This document shows positions 14,401 through 29,700 of a stretch of DNA of 64,000 nt, one piece after another. A model generated the notes under the pieces. The model worked only from the letters and a program-made list of their open reading frames with translations. It was not told the DNA's origin and searched no databases. Source of the DNA: Eledone cirrhosa (taxonomy: Eukaryota); assembly GCA_964016885.1 (NCBI GenBank), contig OZ024743.1:131564001-131628000 (forward strand), given 5' to 3'. The number at the start of each line of letters is the position of its first letter. Within the stretch, counting starts at the first letter, position 1. The position numbers and the translations under genes were made by a program.

Positions 14401-16049
14401 ATACGCCAAACAGCAAATGCCAAACCCCAAACGCCAAACAGCAAACGCCAAGCACCAAACACCAAACACCAAGCGCCAAGCACCAAACACCAAACACCAA
14501 GCACCAAGCACCAAACACCAAACACCAAGCACCAATCACCAAACACCAAGCACCAAGCGCCAAGCACCAAACACCAAACACCTAGCACCAAGCACCAAGC
14601 ACCAAACACCAAGTACCAAACACCAATCACCAAGCCCCAAGCACCAAACACCAAGCGCCAAGCACCAAACACCAAACACCAAGCAACAAGCACCCAGAAC
14701 CAAGCACCAAGCACCAAACACCAAGCACCAAGCACCGAGCACCAAACACCAAGAACCAAGCACCAAGCTCTAAACACCAAACACCAAGCACCAAGCACCA
14801 AACACCAAACACCAAACACCAAACACCAAACAGCAAATGACAAAAAGCAAACGCCAAACCCCAAACGCCAAACAGTAAATGCCAAACCCCAAACGCCAAA
14901 CAGCAAACGCCAAGCGCCAAACGCCAAACACCAAGCGCCAAGCACCAAACACCAAACACCAAGCACCAAGCACCAAACACCAAACACCAAGCACCAAGTA
15001 CCAAACACCAAACACCAAGCACCAAACACCATGCACCGAACACCAAACACCAAGAACCAAGCACCAAGCACTAAACACCAAACACCAAGCACCAAGCACC
15101 AAACACCAAACACCAAGCACCAAGCACCGAGCACCAAACACCAAGAACCAAGCACCAAGCACTAAACACCAAACACCAAGCACCAAGCACCAAACACCAA
15201 ACACCAAGCACCAAACACCAAACAGCAAACGCCAAAAAGCAAACGCCAAACCCCATACGCCAAACAGCAAATGCCAAACTCCAAACGCCAAACAGCAAAC
15301 GCCTAACACCAAACACCAAACACCAAGCGCCAAGCACCAAACACCAAACACCAAGCACCAAGCACCAAACACCAAACACCAAGCACCAATCACCAAACAC
15401 CAAGCACCAAGCGCCAAGCACCAAACACCAAACACCTAGCACCAAGCACCAAGCACCAAACAACAAGCACCAAACACCAATCACCAAGCCCCAAGCACCA
15501 AACACCAAGCACCAAGCACCAAACACCAAACACCAAGCACCAAGCACCAAGGACCAAGCACCAAACACCAAGCACCAAGCACCGAGCACCAAACACCAAG
15601 AATCAAGCACCAAGCACTAAACACCAAACACCAAGCACCAAACACCAAACACCAAACACCAAGCACCAAGTACAAAACTCCAAACACCAAACACCAAGCA
15701 CCAAGCACCAAATCCCAAGCACCAAACACCAAGCACCAATCACCAAACACCAAACACCAAGCACCAAGCACCAAACTCCAAAAACCAAGCACCAAACACC
15801 AAGCACCAAACACCAAGCACCAAGCGCCAAAGACCAAACACCAAGCACCAAGCACGAAACACCAAGCACCAAGCACCGAGCACCAAACACCAAGTACCAA
15901 GCACCAATCACCAAACACCAAGCACCAAGCACCAAACACCAAACACCAAACACCAAGCACCAAGCATCAAGCACCAAGCACCAAACACCAACCACCAAGC
16001 ACCAAACACCAAACACAAAACAACAAGTACCAAGCACCAAACACCAAAC

Positions 16050-16510
16050 ACCAAACACCAAACACCAAGCACCAAGCACAAGACACCAAGCACCAAGCAC
16101 CAAGCACCAAGCACCAAAAACCAAGCACCAAGCTCCAAGCACCAAACACCAAGCACCAAACACCAAACACCAAGCACCAAGCACCAAACACCAAGCACCA
16201 AGCGCCAAACACCAATCACCAAGCACCAAGCACCAAACACCAAGCACCAACCACCAAGCACCAAACACCAAACACCAAACACCAAACACCAAACACCAAG
16301 CACCAAGCACAAGACACCAAGCACCAAGCACCAAGCACCAAGCACCAAAAACCAAGCACCAAGCTCCAAGCACCAAACACCAAGCACCAAACACCAAACA
16401 CCAAGCACCAAGCACCAAACACCAAGCACCAAGCGCCAAACACCAAACACCAAGCACCAAGCACCAAACACCAAGCACCAACCACCAAGCACCAAACACC
16501 AAGCACCAAG
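16050..16510. repeat. Local 231-bp (33-monomer) tandem duplication nested in the 11-kb unit
   Basis: The rare monomer CACAAGA is at 16077 and 16308, each followed by the same AACCAAG/CTCCAAG/CACCAAC series. It repeats at 27063/27294 in copy 2. Confidence 0.8.
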
Positions 16511-18961
16511 CACCAAGCACCAAGCACCAAGCACCAAACACCAAGCACCAAGAACCAAACAGCAAACACCAAGCACCAAACACCAAACACCAAGCACCAA
16601 GCAACAAACACCAAACACCAAGCACCAAACACCAAGCACCAAGCCCCAAGCACGAAACACCAAGCACCAAGCACGAAACACCAAGCACCAAGCACCAAGC
16701 ACCATGCACCAAACACCAAGCACCAAGCACCAAACAGCAAACACCAAACAGCAAACACCAAACAGCAAACACCAAACAGCAAACACCAAACAGCAAACAC
16801 CAAACAGCCAACGCCAAAAAGCAAACGCCAAACTCCAAACGCCAAACAGCAAATGCCAAACCCAAACGCCAAACAGCAAACACCAAGCACAAAACACCAA
16901 ACACCAAGCGCCAAGCACCAAACACCAAACACCAAGCACCAAGCACCAAACACCAAACACCAAGCACCAAGTACCAAACACCAAACACCAAGCACCAAAC
17001 ACCAAACAGCAAACGCAAAAAAGCAAACGCCAAACCCCATACGCCAAACAGCAAATGCCAAACCCCAAATGCCAAACGGCAAACGCCAAGCACCAAACAC
17101 CAAACACCAAGCGCCAAGCACCAAACACCAAACACCAAGCACCAAGCACCAAACACCAAACACCAAGCACCAATCACCAAACACCAAACACCAAGCGCCA
17201 AACACCAAACACCAAACACCTATCACCAAGCACCAAGCACCAAACACCAAGCACCAAACACCAAGCACCAAGCACCAAGCACCAAGCACCAAACACCAAT
17301 CACCAAGCCCCAAGCACCAAACACCAAGCACCCAGCACCAAACACCAAACACCAAGCACCAAGCACCCAGAACAAAGCACCAAGCACCAAACACCAAACA
17401 CCAAGCTCCAAGCACCAAACACCAAACACCAAGCACCAAGCACCAAGCACCAAACACCAAACACCAAGCGCCAATCACCAAACACCAAACACCTAGCACC
17501 AAGCACCAAGCACCGAACACCAAGCACCAAGCACCAAGCACCAAGCACCAAGCACCAAACACCAATCACCAAGCCCCAAGCACCAAACACCAAGCACCAA
17601 GCACCAAACACCAAACACCAAGCACCAAGCACCAAACACCAAACACCAAGCACCAAGCACCAAGCACCAAGCACCAAACAACATACACCAAACAGCAAAC
17701 ACCAAAAAGCAAACGCCAAACCCCATACGCCAAACAGCAAATGCCAAACCCCAAACGCCAAACAGCAAACGCCAAGCACCAAACACCAAACACCAAGCGC
17801 CAAGCACCAAACACCAAACACCAAGCACCAAGCACCAAACACCAAACACCAAGCACCAATCACCAAACACCAAGCACCAAGCGCCAAGCACCAGACACCA
17901 AGCACCAAGCACCAAACACCAAACACCAAGCACCAAGCACTAAACACCAAACACCAAGCACCAAGCACCAAGAACCAAGCACCAAGCACCAAACACCAAG
18001 CACCAAGCACCAAGCACCAAGCACCAAGCACCAAACACCAAGCACCAAGCACCAAACAGCAAACACCAAGCACCAAACACCAAACACCAAGCACCAAGCA
18101 CCAAACACCAAACACCAAACACCAAGCACCAAGCCCCAAGCACCAAACACCAAGCACCAAGCACCAAACACCAAGCACGAAGCACCAAGCACCATGCACC
18201 AAACACCAAGCTCCAAGCACCAAACAGCAAACACCAAACAGCAAACACCAAACACCAAACACCAACCAGCAAACACCAAACACCAAACACCAAACAGCAA
18301 ACACCAAACAGCAAACACCAAACAGCAAACACCAAACACCAAACACCAAACAGCAAACGCCAAAAAGCAAACGCCAAACCCCATACGCCAAACAGCAAAT
18401 GCCAAACCCCAAACGCCAAACAGCAAACGCCAAGCACTGAACACCAAACACCAAGCGCCAAGCACCAAACACCAAACACCAAGCACCAAGCACCAAACAC
18501 CAAACACCAAGCACCAATCACCAAACACCAAGCACCAAGCGCCAAGCACCAAACACCAAACACCTAGCACCAAGCACCAAGCACCAAACACCAAGTACCA
18601 AACACCAATCACCAAGCCCCAAGCACCAAACACCAAGCACCAAGCACCAAACACCAAACACCAAGCACCAAGCACCCAGAACCAAGCACCAAGCACCAAA
18701 CACCAAGCACCAAGCACCGAGCACCAAACACCAAGAACCAAGCACCAAGCACTAAACACCAAACACCAAGCACCAAGCACCAAACACCATACACCAAGCA
18801 CCAAACACCAAACAGCAAACGCCAAAAAGCAAACGCCAAACCCCATATGCCAAACAGCAAATGCCAAACTCCAAACGCCAAACAGCAAACGCCAGGCACC
18901 AAACACCAAACACCAAGCGCCAAGCACCAAACACCAAACACCAAGCACCAAGCACCAAACA

Positions 18962-21900
18962 CCAAACACCAAGCACCAATCACCAAACACCAAGCACCAA
19001 GCGCCAAGCACCAAACACCAAACACCTAGCACCAAGCACCAAGCACCAAACACCAAGCACCAAACACCAATCACCAAGCCCCAAGCACCAAACACCAAGC
19101 ACCAAGCACCAAACACCAAACACCAAGCACCAAGCACCAAGGACCAAGCACCAAACACCAAGCACCAAGCACCGAGCACCAAACACCAAGAACCAAGCAC
19201 CAAGCACTAAACACCAAACACCAAGCACCAAGCACCAAACACCAAACACCAAGCACCAAGTACAAAACTCCAAACACCAAACACCAAGCACCAAGCACCA
19301 AATCCCAAGCACCAAACACCAAGCACCAATCACCAAACACCAAACACCAAGCACCAAGCACCAAACTCCAAAACCAAGCACCAAGCACCAAGCACCAAAC
19401 ACCAAACGCCAAACACCAAACACCAAGTACCAAGCACCAAACACCAAGCACCAAGCGCCAAAGACCAAACACCAAGCACCAAGCACAAAACACCAAGCAC
19501 CAAGCACCGAGCACCAAACACCAAGTACCAAGCACCAATCACCAAACACCAAGCACCAAGCACCAAACACCAAACACCAAGCACCAAGCACCAAGCATCA
19601 AGCACCAAGCACCAAACACCAACCACCAAGCACCAAACACCAAACACAAAACAACAAGTACCAAGCACCAAACACCAAACACCAAACACCAAACACCAAG
19701 CACCAAGCACAAGACACCAAGCACCAAGCACCAAGCACCAAGCACCAAAAACCAAGCACCAAGCTCCAAGCACCAAACACCAAGCACCAAACACCAAACA
19801 CCAAGCACCAAGCACCAAACACCAAGCACCAAGCGCCAAACACCAAACACCAAGCACCAAGCACCAAACACCAAGCACCAACCACCAAGCACCAAACACC
19901 AAGCACCAAGCACCAAGCACCAAGCACCAAGCACCAAACACCAAGCACCAAGCACCAAACAGCAAACACCAAGCACCAAACACCAAACACCAAGCACCAA
20001 GCAACAAACACCAAACACCAAGCACCAAACACCAAGCACCAAGCCCCAAGCACGAAACACCAAGCACCAAGCACGAAACACCAAGCACCAAGCACCAAGC
20101 ACCATGCACCAAACACCAAGCACCAAGCACCAAACAGCAAACACCAAACAGCAAACACCAAACAGCAAACACCAAACAGCAAACACCAAACATCAAACAC
20201 CAAACAGCAAACGCCAAAAAGCAAACGCCAAACTCCAAACGCCAAACAGCAAATGCCAAACCCAAACGCCAAACAGCAAACGCCAAGCACAAAACACCAA
20301 ACACCAAGCGCCAAGCACCAAACACCAAACACCAAGCACCAAGCACCAAACACCAAACACCAAGCACCAAGTACCAAACACCAAACACCAAGCACCAAAC
20401 ACCAAACAGCAAACGCAAAAAAGCAAACGCCAAACCCCATACGCCAAACAGCAAATGCCAAACCCCAAATGCCAAACGGCAAACGCCAAGCACCAAACAC
20501 CAAACACCAAGCGCCAAGCACCAAACACCAAACACCAAGCACCAAGCACCAAACACCAAACACCAAGCACCAATCACCAAACACCAAGCACCAAGCACCA
20601 AGCACCAAACACCAATCACCAAGCCCCAAGCACCAAACACCAAGCACCCAGCACCAAACACCAAACACCAAGCACCAAGCACCCAGAACAAAGCACCAAG
20701 CACCAAACACCAAACACCAAGCTCCAAGCACCAAACACCAAACACCAAGCACCAAGCACCAAGCACCAAACACCAAACACCAAACACCAAGCACCAATCA
20801 CCAAACACCAAGCACCAAGCGCCAAGCACCAAACACCAAACACCTAGCACCAAGCACCAAGCACCAAACACCAAGCACCAAACACCAATCACCAAGCCCC
20901 AAGCACCAAACACCAAGCACCAAGCACCAAACACCAAACACCAAGCACCAAGCACCAAGGACCAAGCACCAAACACCAAGCACCAAGCACCGAGCACCAA
21001 AAACCAAGAACCAAGCACCAAGCACTAAACACCAAACACCAAGCACCAAGCACCAAACACCAAACACCAAGCACCAAGTACAAAACTCCAAACACCAAAC
21101 ACCAAGCACCAAGCACCAAATCCCAAGCACCAAACACCAAGCACCAATCACCAAACACCAAACACCAAGCACCAAGCACCAAACTCCAAAAACCAAGCAC
21201 CAAGCACCAAGCACCAAACACCAAACGCCATACACCAAACACCAAGTACCAAGCACCAAACACCAAGCACCAAGCGCCAAAGACCAAACACCAAGCACCA
21301 AGCACGAAACACCAAGCACCAAGCACCGAGCACCAAACACCAAGTACCAAGCACCAATCACCAAACACCAAGCACCAAGCACCAAACACCAAACACCAAG
21401 CACCAAGCACCAAGCATCAAGCACCAAGCACCAAACACCAACCACCAAGCACCAAACACCAAACACAAAACAACAAGTACCAAGCACCAAACACCAAACA
21501 CCAAACACCAAACACCAAGCACCAAGCACAAGACACCAAGCACCAAGCACCAAGCACCAAGCACCAAAAACCAAGCACCAAGCTCCAAGCACCAAACACC
21601 AAGCACCAAACACCAAACACCAAGCACCAAGCACCAAACACCAAGCACCAAGCGCCAAACACCAAACACCAAGCACCAAGCACCAAACACCAAGCACCAA
21701 CCACCAAGCACCAAACACCAAGCACCAAGCACCAAGCACCAAGCACCAAGCACCAAACACCAAGCACCAAGCACCAAACAGCAAACACCAAGCACCAAAC
21801 ACCAAACACCAAGCACCAAGCAACAAACACCAAACACCAAGCACCAAACACCAAGCACCAAGCCCCAAGCACGAAACACCAAGCACCAAGCACGAAACAC

Positions 21901-22598
21901 CAAGCACCAAGCACCAAGCACCATGCACCAAACACCAAGCACCAAGCACCAAACAGCAAACACCAAACAGCAAACACCAAACAGCAAACACCAAACAGCA
22001 AACACCAAACATCAAACACCAAACAGCAAACGCCAAAAAGCAAACGCCAAACTCCAAACGCCAAACAGCAAATGCCAAACCCAAACGCCAAACAGCAAAC
22101 GCCAAGCACAAAACACCAAACACCAAGCGCCAAGCACCAAACACCAAACACCAAGCACCAAGCACCAAACACCAAACACCAAGCACCAAGTACCAAACAC
22201 CAAACACCAAGCACCAAACACCAAACAGCAAACGCAAAAAAGCAAACGCCAAACCCCATACGCCAAACAGCAAATGCCAAACCCCAAATGCCAAACGGCA
22301 AACGCCAAGCACCAAACACCAAACACCAAGCGCCAAGCACCAAACACCAAACACCAAGCACCAAGCACCAAACACCAAACACCAAGCACCAATCACCAAA
22401 CACCAAGCACCAAGCACCAAGCACCAAACACCAATCACCAAGCCCCAAGCACCAAACACCAAGCACCCAGCACCAAACACCAAACACCAAGCACCAAGCA
22501 CCCAGAACAAAGCACCAAGCACCAAACACCAAACACCAAGCTCCAAGCACCAAACACCAAACACCAAGCACCAAGCACCAAGCACCAAACACCAAACA
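18962..22598. repeat. Nested ~1.82-kb tandem duplication (260 monomers) inside the 11-kb unit
   Basis: Identical ORFs 19539..20189 / 21358..22008 and 20193/22012 (offset 1819 = 260x7 - 1). Both copies share the private CATCAAA monomer (20191, 22010). Mirrored at ~29948-33584. Confidence 0.85.
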
Positions 22599-25500
22599 CC
22601 AAGCACCAATCACCAAACACCAAGCACCAAGCGCCAAACACCAAACACCAAACACCTAGCACCAAGCACCAAGCACCGAACACCAAGCACCAAGCACCAA
22701 GCACCAAGCACCAAGCACCAAACACCAATCACGAAGCCCCAAGCACCAAACACCAAGCACCAAGCACCAAGCACCAAACACCAAACACCAAGCACCAAGC
22801 ACCAAACACCAAACACCAAGCACCAAGCACCAAGCACCAAGCACCAAACACCATACACCAAACAGCAAACGCCAAAAAGCAAACGCCAAACCCCATACGC
22901 CAAACAGCAAATGCCAAACCCCAAATGCCAAACAGCAAACGCCAAGCACCAAACACCAAACACCAAGCGCCAAGCACCAAACACCAAACACCAAGCACCA
23001 AGCACCAAACACCAAACACCAAGCACCAATCACCAAACACCAAGCACCAAGCGCCAAGCACCAGACACCAAGCACCAAGCACCAAACACCAAACACCAAG
23101 CACCAAGCACTAAACACCAAACACCAAGCACCAAGCACCAAGCACCAAGCACCAAGCACCAAACACCAAGCACCAAGCACCAAGCACCAAGCACCAAGCA
23201 CCAAACACCAAGCACCAAGCACCAAACAGCAAACACCAAGCACCAAACACCAAACACCAAGCACCAAGCACCAAACACCAAACACCAAACACCAAGCACC
23301 AAGCCCCAAGCACCAAACACCAAGCACCAAGCACCAAACACCAAGCACGAAGCACCAAGCACCATGCACCAAACACCAAGCACCAAGCACCAAACAGCAA
23401 ACACCAAACAGCAAACACCAAACACCAAACACCAACCAGCAAACACCAAACACCAAACACCAAACAGCAAACACCAAACAGCAAACACCAAACACCAAAC
23501 ACCAAACAGCAAATGCCAAAAAGCAAACGCCAAACCCCAAACGCCAAACAGCAAATGCCAAACCCCAAACGCCAAACAGCAAACGCCAAGCGCCAAACGC
23601 CAAACACCAAGTGCCAAGCACCAAACACCAAACACCAAGCACCAAGCACCAAGCACCAAACACCAAACAGCAAACGCCAAAAAGCAAACGCCAAACCCCA
23701 TACGCCAAACAGCAAATGCCAAACCCCAAACGCCAAACAGCAAACGCCAAGCACCAAACACCAAACACCAAGCGCCAAGCACCAAACACCAAACACCAAG
23801 CACCAAGCACCAAACACCAAACACCAAGCACCAATCACCAAACACCAAGCACCAAGCGCCAAGCACCAAACACCAAACACCTAGCACCAAGCACCAAGCA
23901 CCAAACCCCAAGTACCAAACACCAATCACCAAGCCCCAAGCACCAAACACCAAGCGCCAAGCACCAAACACCAAACACCAAGAACCAAGCACCCAGAACC
24001 AAGCACCAAGCACCAAACACCAAGCACCAAGCACCGAGCACCAAACACCAAGAACCAAGCACCAAGCTCTAAACACCAAACACCAAGCACCAAGCACCAA
24101 ACACCAAACACCAAACACCAAACACCAAACAGCAAATGCCAAAAAGCAAACGCCAAACCCCAAACGCCAAACAGTAAATGCCAAACCCCAAACGCCAAAC
24201 AGCAAACGCCAAGCGCCAAACGCCAAACACCAAGCGCCAAGCACCAAACACCAAACACCAAGCACCAAGCACCAAACACCAAACACCAAGCACCAAGTAC
24301 CAAACACCAAACACCAAGCACCAAACACCAAACAGCAAACGCCAAAAAGCAAACGCCAAACCCCATACGCCAAACAACAAATGCCAAACCCCAAACGCCA
24401 AACAGCAAACGCCAAGCACCGAACACCAAACACAAAGAACCAAGCACCAAGCACTAAACACCAAACACCAAGCACCAAGCACCAAACACCAAACACCAAG
24501 CACCAAGCACCGAGCACCAAACACCAAGAACCAAGCACCAAGCACTAAACACCAAACACCAAGCACCAAGCACCAAACACCAAACACCAAGCACCAAACA
24601 CCAAACAGCAAACGCCAAAAAGCAAACGCCAAACCCCATACGCCAAACAGCAAATGCCAAACTCCAAACGCCAAACAGCAAACGCCAGGCACCAAACACC
24701 AAACACCAAGCGCCAAGCACCAAACACCAAACACCAAGCACCAAGCACCAAACACCAAACACCAAGCACCAATCACCAAACACCAAGCACCAAGCGCCAA
24801 GCACCAAACACCAAACACCTAGCACCAAGCACCAAGCACCAAACACCAAGCACCAAACACCAATCACCAAGCCCCAAGCACCAAACACCAAGCACCAAGC
24901 ACCAAACACCAAAGACCAAGCACCAAGCACCAAGGACCAAGCACCAAACACCAAGCACCAAGCACCGAGCACCAAACACCAAGAACCAAGCACCAAGCAC
25001 TAAACACCAAACACCAAGCGCCAAGCACCAAACACCAAACACCAAGCACCAAGTACAAAACTCCAAACACCAAACACCAAGCACCAAGCACCAAATCCCA
25101 AGCACCAAACACCAAGCACCAATCACCAAACACCAAACACCAAGCACCAAGCACCAAGCACCAAACACCAAACACCAAGCACCAATCACCAAACACCAAG
25201 CACCAAGCGCCAAACACCAAACACCAAACACCTAGCACCAAGCACCAAGCACCGAACACCAAGCACCAAGCACCAAGCACCAAGCACCAAGCACCAAACA
25301 CCAATCACCAAGCCCCAAGCACCAAACACCAAGCACCAAGCACCAAGCACCAAACACCAAACACCAAGCACCAAGCACCAAACACCAAACACCAAGCACC
25401 AAGCACCAAGCACCAAGCACCAAACACCATACACCAAACAGCAAACGCCAAAAAGCAAACGCCAAACCCCATACGCCAAACAGCAAATGCCAAACCCCAA

Positions 25501-26796
25501 ATGCCAAACAGCAAACGCCAAGCACCAAACACCAAACACCAAGCGCCAAGCACCAAACACCAAACACCAAGCACCAAGCACCAAACACCAAACACCAAGC
25601 ACCAATCACCAAACACCAAGCACCAAGCGCCAAGCACCAGACACCAAGCACCAAGCACCAAACACCAAACACCAAGCACCAAGCACTAAACACCAAACAC
25701 CAAGCACCAAGCACCAAGCACCAAGCACCAAGCACCAAACACCAAGCACCAAGCACCAAGCACCAAGCACCAAGCACCAAACACCAAGCACCAAGCACCA
25801 AACAGCAAACACCAAGCACCAAACACCAAACACCAAGCACCAAGCACCAAACACCAAACACCAAACACCAAGCACCAAGCCCCAAGCACCAAACACCAAG
25901 CACCAAGCACCAAACACCAAGCACGAAGCACCAAGCACCATGCACCAAACACCAAGCACCAAGCACCAAACAGCAAACACCAAACACCAAACACCAAACA
26001 GCAAACACCAAACAGCAAACACCAAACACCAAACACCAAACAGCAAACGCCAAAAAGCAAACGCCAAACCCCATACGCCAAACAGCAAATGCCAAACCCC
26101 AAACGCCAAACAGCAAACGCCAAGCACCAAACACCAAACACCAAGCGCCAAGCACCAAACACCAAACACCAAGCACCAAGCACCAAACACCAAACACCAA
26201 GCACCAATCACCAAACACCAAGCACCAAGCGCCAAGCACCAAACACCAAACACCTAGCACCAAGCACCAAGCACCAAACCCCAAGTACCAAACACCAATC
26301 ACCAAGCCCCAAGCACCAAACACCAAGCGCCAAGCACCAAACACCAAACACCAAGAACCAAGCACCCAGAACCAAGCACCAAGCACCAAACACCAAGCAC
26401 CAAGCACCGAGCACCAAACACCAAGAACCAAGCACCAAGCTCTAAACACCAAACACCAAGCACCAAGCACCAAACACCAAACACCAAACACCAAACACCA
26501 AACAGCAAATGCCAAAAAGCAAACGCCAAACCCCAAACGCCAAACAGTAAATGCCAAACCCCAAACGCCAAACAGCAAACGCCAAGCGCCAAACGCCAAA
26601 CACCAAGCGCCAAGCACCAAACACCAAACACCAAGCACCAAGCACCAAACACCAAACACCAAGCACCAAGTACCAAACACCAAACACCAAGCACCAAACA
26701 CCAAACAGCAAACGCCAAAAAGCAAACGCCAAACCCCATACGCCAAACAACAAATGCCAAACCCCAAACGCCAAACAGCAAACGCCAAGCACCGAA
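22575..26796. repeat. Nested ~2.4-2.6-kb duplication inside the 11-kb unit
   Basis: ORF pairs 22610/25186 and 22729/25305 (offset 2576 = 368x7) and 23835/26208 (offset 2373 = 339x7). They share private variants CCCCAAG-TACCAAA and CAACAAA-TGCCAAA. Confidence 0.78.
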
Positions 26797-29700
26797 CACC
26801 AAGCACCAAGCGCCAAAGACCAAACACCAAGCACCAAGCACGAAACACCAAGCACCAAGCACCGAGCACCAAACACCAAGTACCAAGCACCAATCACCAA
26901 ACACCAAGCACCAAGCACCAAACACCAAACACCAAACACCAAGCACCAAGCATCAAGCACCAAGCACCAAACACCAACCACCAAGCACCAAACACCAAAC
27001 ACAAAACAACAAGTACCAAGCACCAAACACCAAACACCAAACACCAAACACCAAGCACCAAGCACAAGACACCAAGCACCAAGCACCAAGCACCAAGCAC
27101 CAAAAACCAAGCACCAAGCTCCAAGCACCAAACACCAAGCACCAAACACCAAACACCAAGCACCAAGCACCAAACACCAAGCACCAAGCGCCAAACACCA
27201 ATCACCAAGCACCAAGCACCAAACACCAAGCACCAACCACCAAGCACCAAACACCAAACACCAAACACCAAACACCAAACACCAAGCACCAAGCACAAGA
27301 CACCAAGCACCAAGCACCAAGCACCAAGCACCAAAAACCAAGCACCAAGCTCCAAGCACCAAACACCAAGCACCAAACACCAAACACCAAGCACCAAGCA
27401 CCAAACACCAAGCACCAAGCGCCAAACACCAAACACCAAGCACCAAGCACCAAACACCAAGCACCAACCACCAAGCACCAAACACCAAGCACCAAGCACC
27501 AAGCACCAAGCACCAAGCACCAAACACCAAGCACCAAGAACCAAACAGCAAACACCAAGCACCAAACACCAAACACCAAGCACCAAGCAACAAACACCAA
27601 ACACCAAGCACCAAACACCAAGCACCAAGCCCCAAGCACGAAACACCAAGCACCAAGCACGAAACACCAAGCACCAAGCACCAAGCACCATGCACCAAAC
27701 ACCAAGCACCAAGCACCAAACAGCAAACACCAAACAGCAAACACCAAACAGCAAACACCAAACAGCAAACACCAAACAGCAAACACCAAACAGCCAACGC
27801 CAAAAAGCAAACGCCAAACTCCAAACGCCAAACAGCAAATGCCAAACCCAAACGCCAAACAGCAAACACCAAGCACAAAACACCAAACACCAAGCGCCAA
27901 GCACCAAACACCAAACACCAAGCACCAAGCACCAAACACCAAACACCAAGCACCAAGTACCAAACACCAAACACCAAGCACCAAACACCAAACAGCAAAC
28001 GCAAAAAAGCAAACGCCAAACCCCATACGCCAAACAGCAAATGCCAAACCCCAAATGCCAAACGGCAAACGCCAAGCACCAAACACCAAACACCAAGCGC
28101 CAAGCACCAAACACCAAACACCAAGCACCAAGCACCAAACACCAAACACCAAGCACCAATCACCAAACACCAAACACCAAGCGCCAAACACCAAACACCA
28201 AACACCTATCACCAAGCACCAAGCACCAAACACCAAGCACCAAACACCAAGCACCAAGCACCAAGCACCAAGCACCAAACACCAATCACCAAGCCCCAAG
28301 CACCAAACACCAAGCACCCAGCACCAAACACCAAACACCAAGCACCAAGCACCCAGAACAAAGCACCAAGCACCAAACACCAAACACCAAGCTCCAAGCA
28401 CCAAACACCAAACACCAAGCACCAAGCACCAAGCACCAAACACCAAACACCAAGCGCCAATCACCAAACACCAAACACCTAGCACCAAGCACCAAGCACC
28501 GAACACCAAGCACCAAGCACCAAGCACCAAGCACCAAGCACCAAACACCAATCACCAAGCCCCAAGCACCAAACACCAAGCACCAAGCACCAAACACCAA
28601 ACACCAAGCACCAAGCACCAAACACCAAACACCAAGCACCAAGCACCAAGCACCAAGCACCAAACAACATACACCAAACAGCAAACACCAAAAAGCAAAC
28701 GCCAAACCCCATACGCCAAACAGCAAATGCCAAACCCCAAACGCCAAACAGCAAACGCCAAGCACCAAACACCAAACACCAAGCGCCAAGCACCAAACAC
28801 CAAACACCAAGCACCAAGCACCAAACACCAAACACCAAGCACCAATCACCAAACACCAAGCACCAAGCGCCAAGCACCAGACACCAAGCACCAAGCACCA
28901 AACACCAAACACCAAGCACCAAGCACTAAACACCAAACACCAAGCACCAAGCACCAAGAACCAAGCACCAAGCACCAAACACCAAGCACCAAGCACCAAG
29001 CACCAAGCACCAAGCACCAAACACCAAGCACCAAGCACCAAACAGCAAACACCAAGCACCAAACACCAAACACCAAGCACCAAGCACCAAACACCAAACA
29101 CCAAACACCAAGCACCAAGCCCCAAGCACCAAACACCAAGCACCAAGCACCAAACACCAAGCACGAAGCACCAAGCACCATGCACCAAACACCAAGCTCC
29201 AAGCACCAAACAGCAAACACCAAACAGCAAACACCAAACACCAAACACCAACCAGCAAACACCAAACACCAAACACCAAACAGCAAACACCAAACAGCAA
29301 ACACCAAACAGCAAACACCAAACACCAAACACCAAACAGCAAACGCCAAAAAGCAAACGCCAAACCCCATACGCCAAACAGCAAATGCCAAACCCCAAAC
29401 GCCAAACAGCAAACGCCAAGCACTGAACACCAAACACCAAGCGCCAAGCACCAAACACCAAACACCAAGCACCAAGCACCAAACACCAAACACCAAGCAC
29501 CAATCACCAAACACCAAGCACCAAGCGCCAAGCACCAAACACCAAACACCTAGCACCAAGCACCAAGCACCAAACACCAAGTACCAAACACCAATCACCA
29601 AGCCCCAAGCACCAAACACCAAGCACCAAGCACCAAACACCAAACACCAAGCACCAAGCACCCAGAACCAAGCACCAAGCACCAAACACCAAGCACCAAG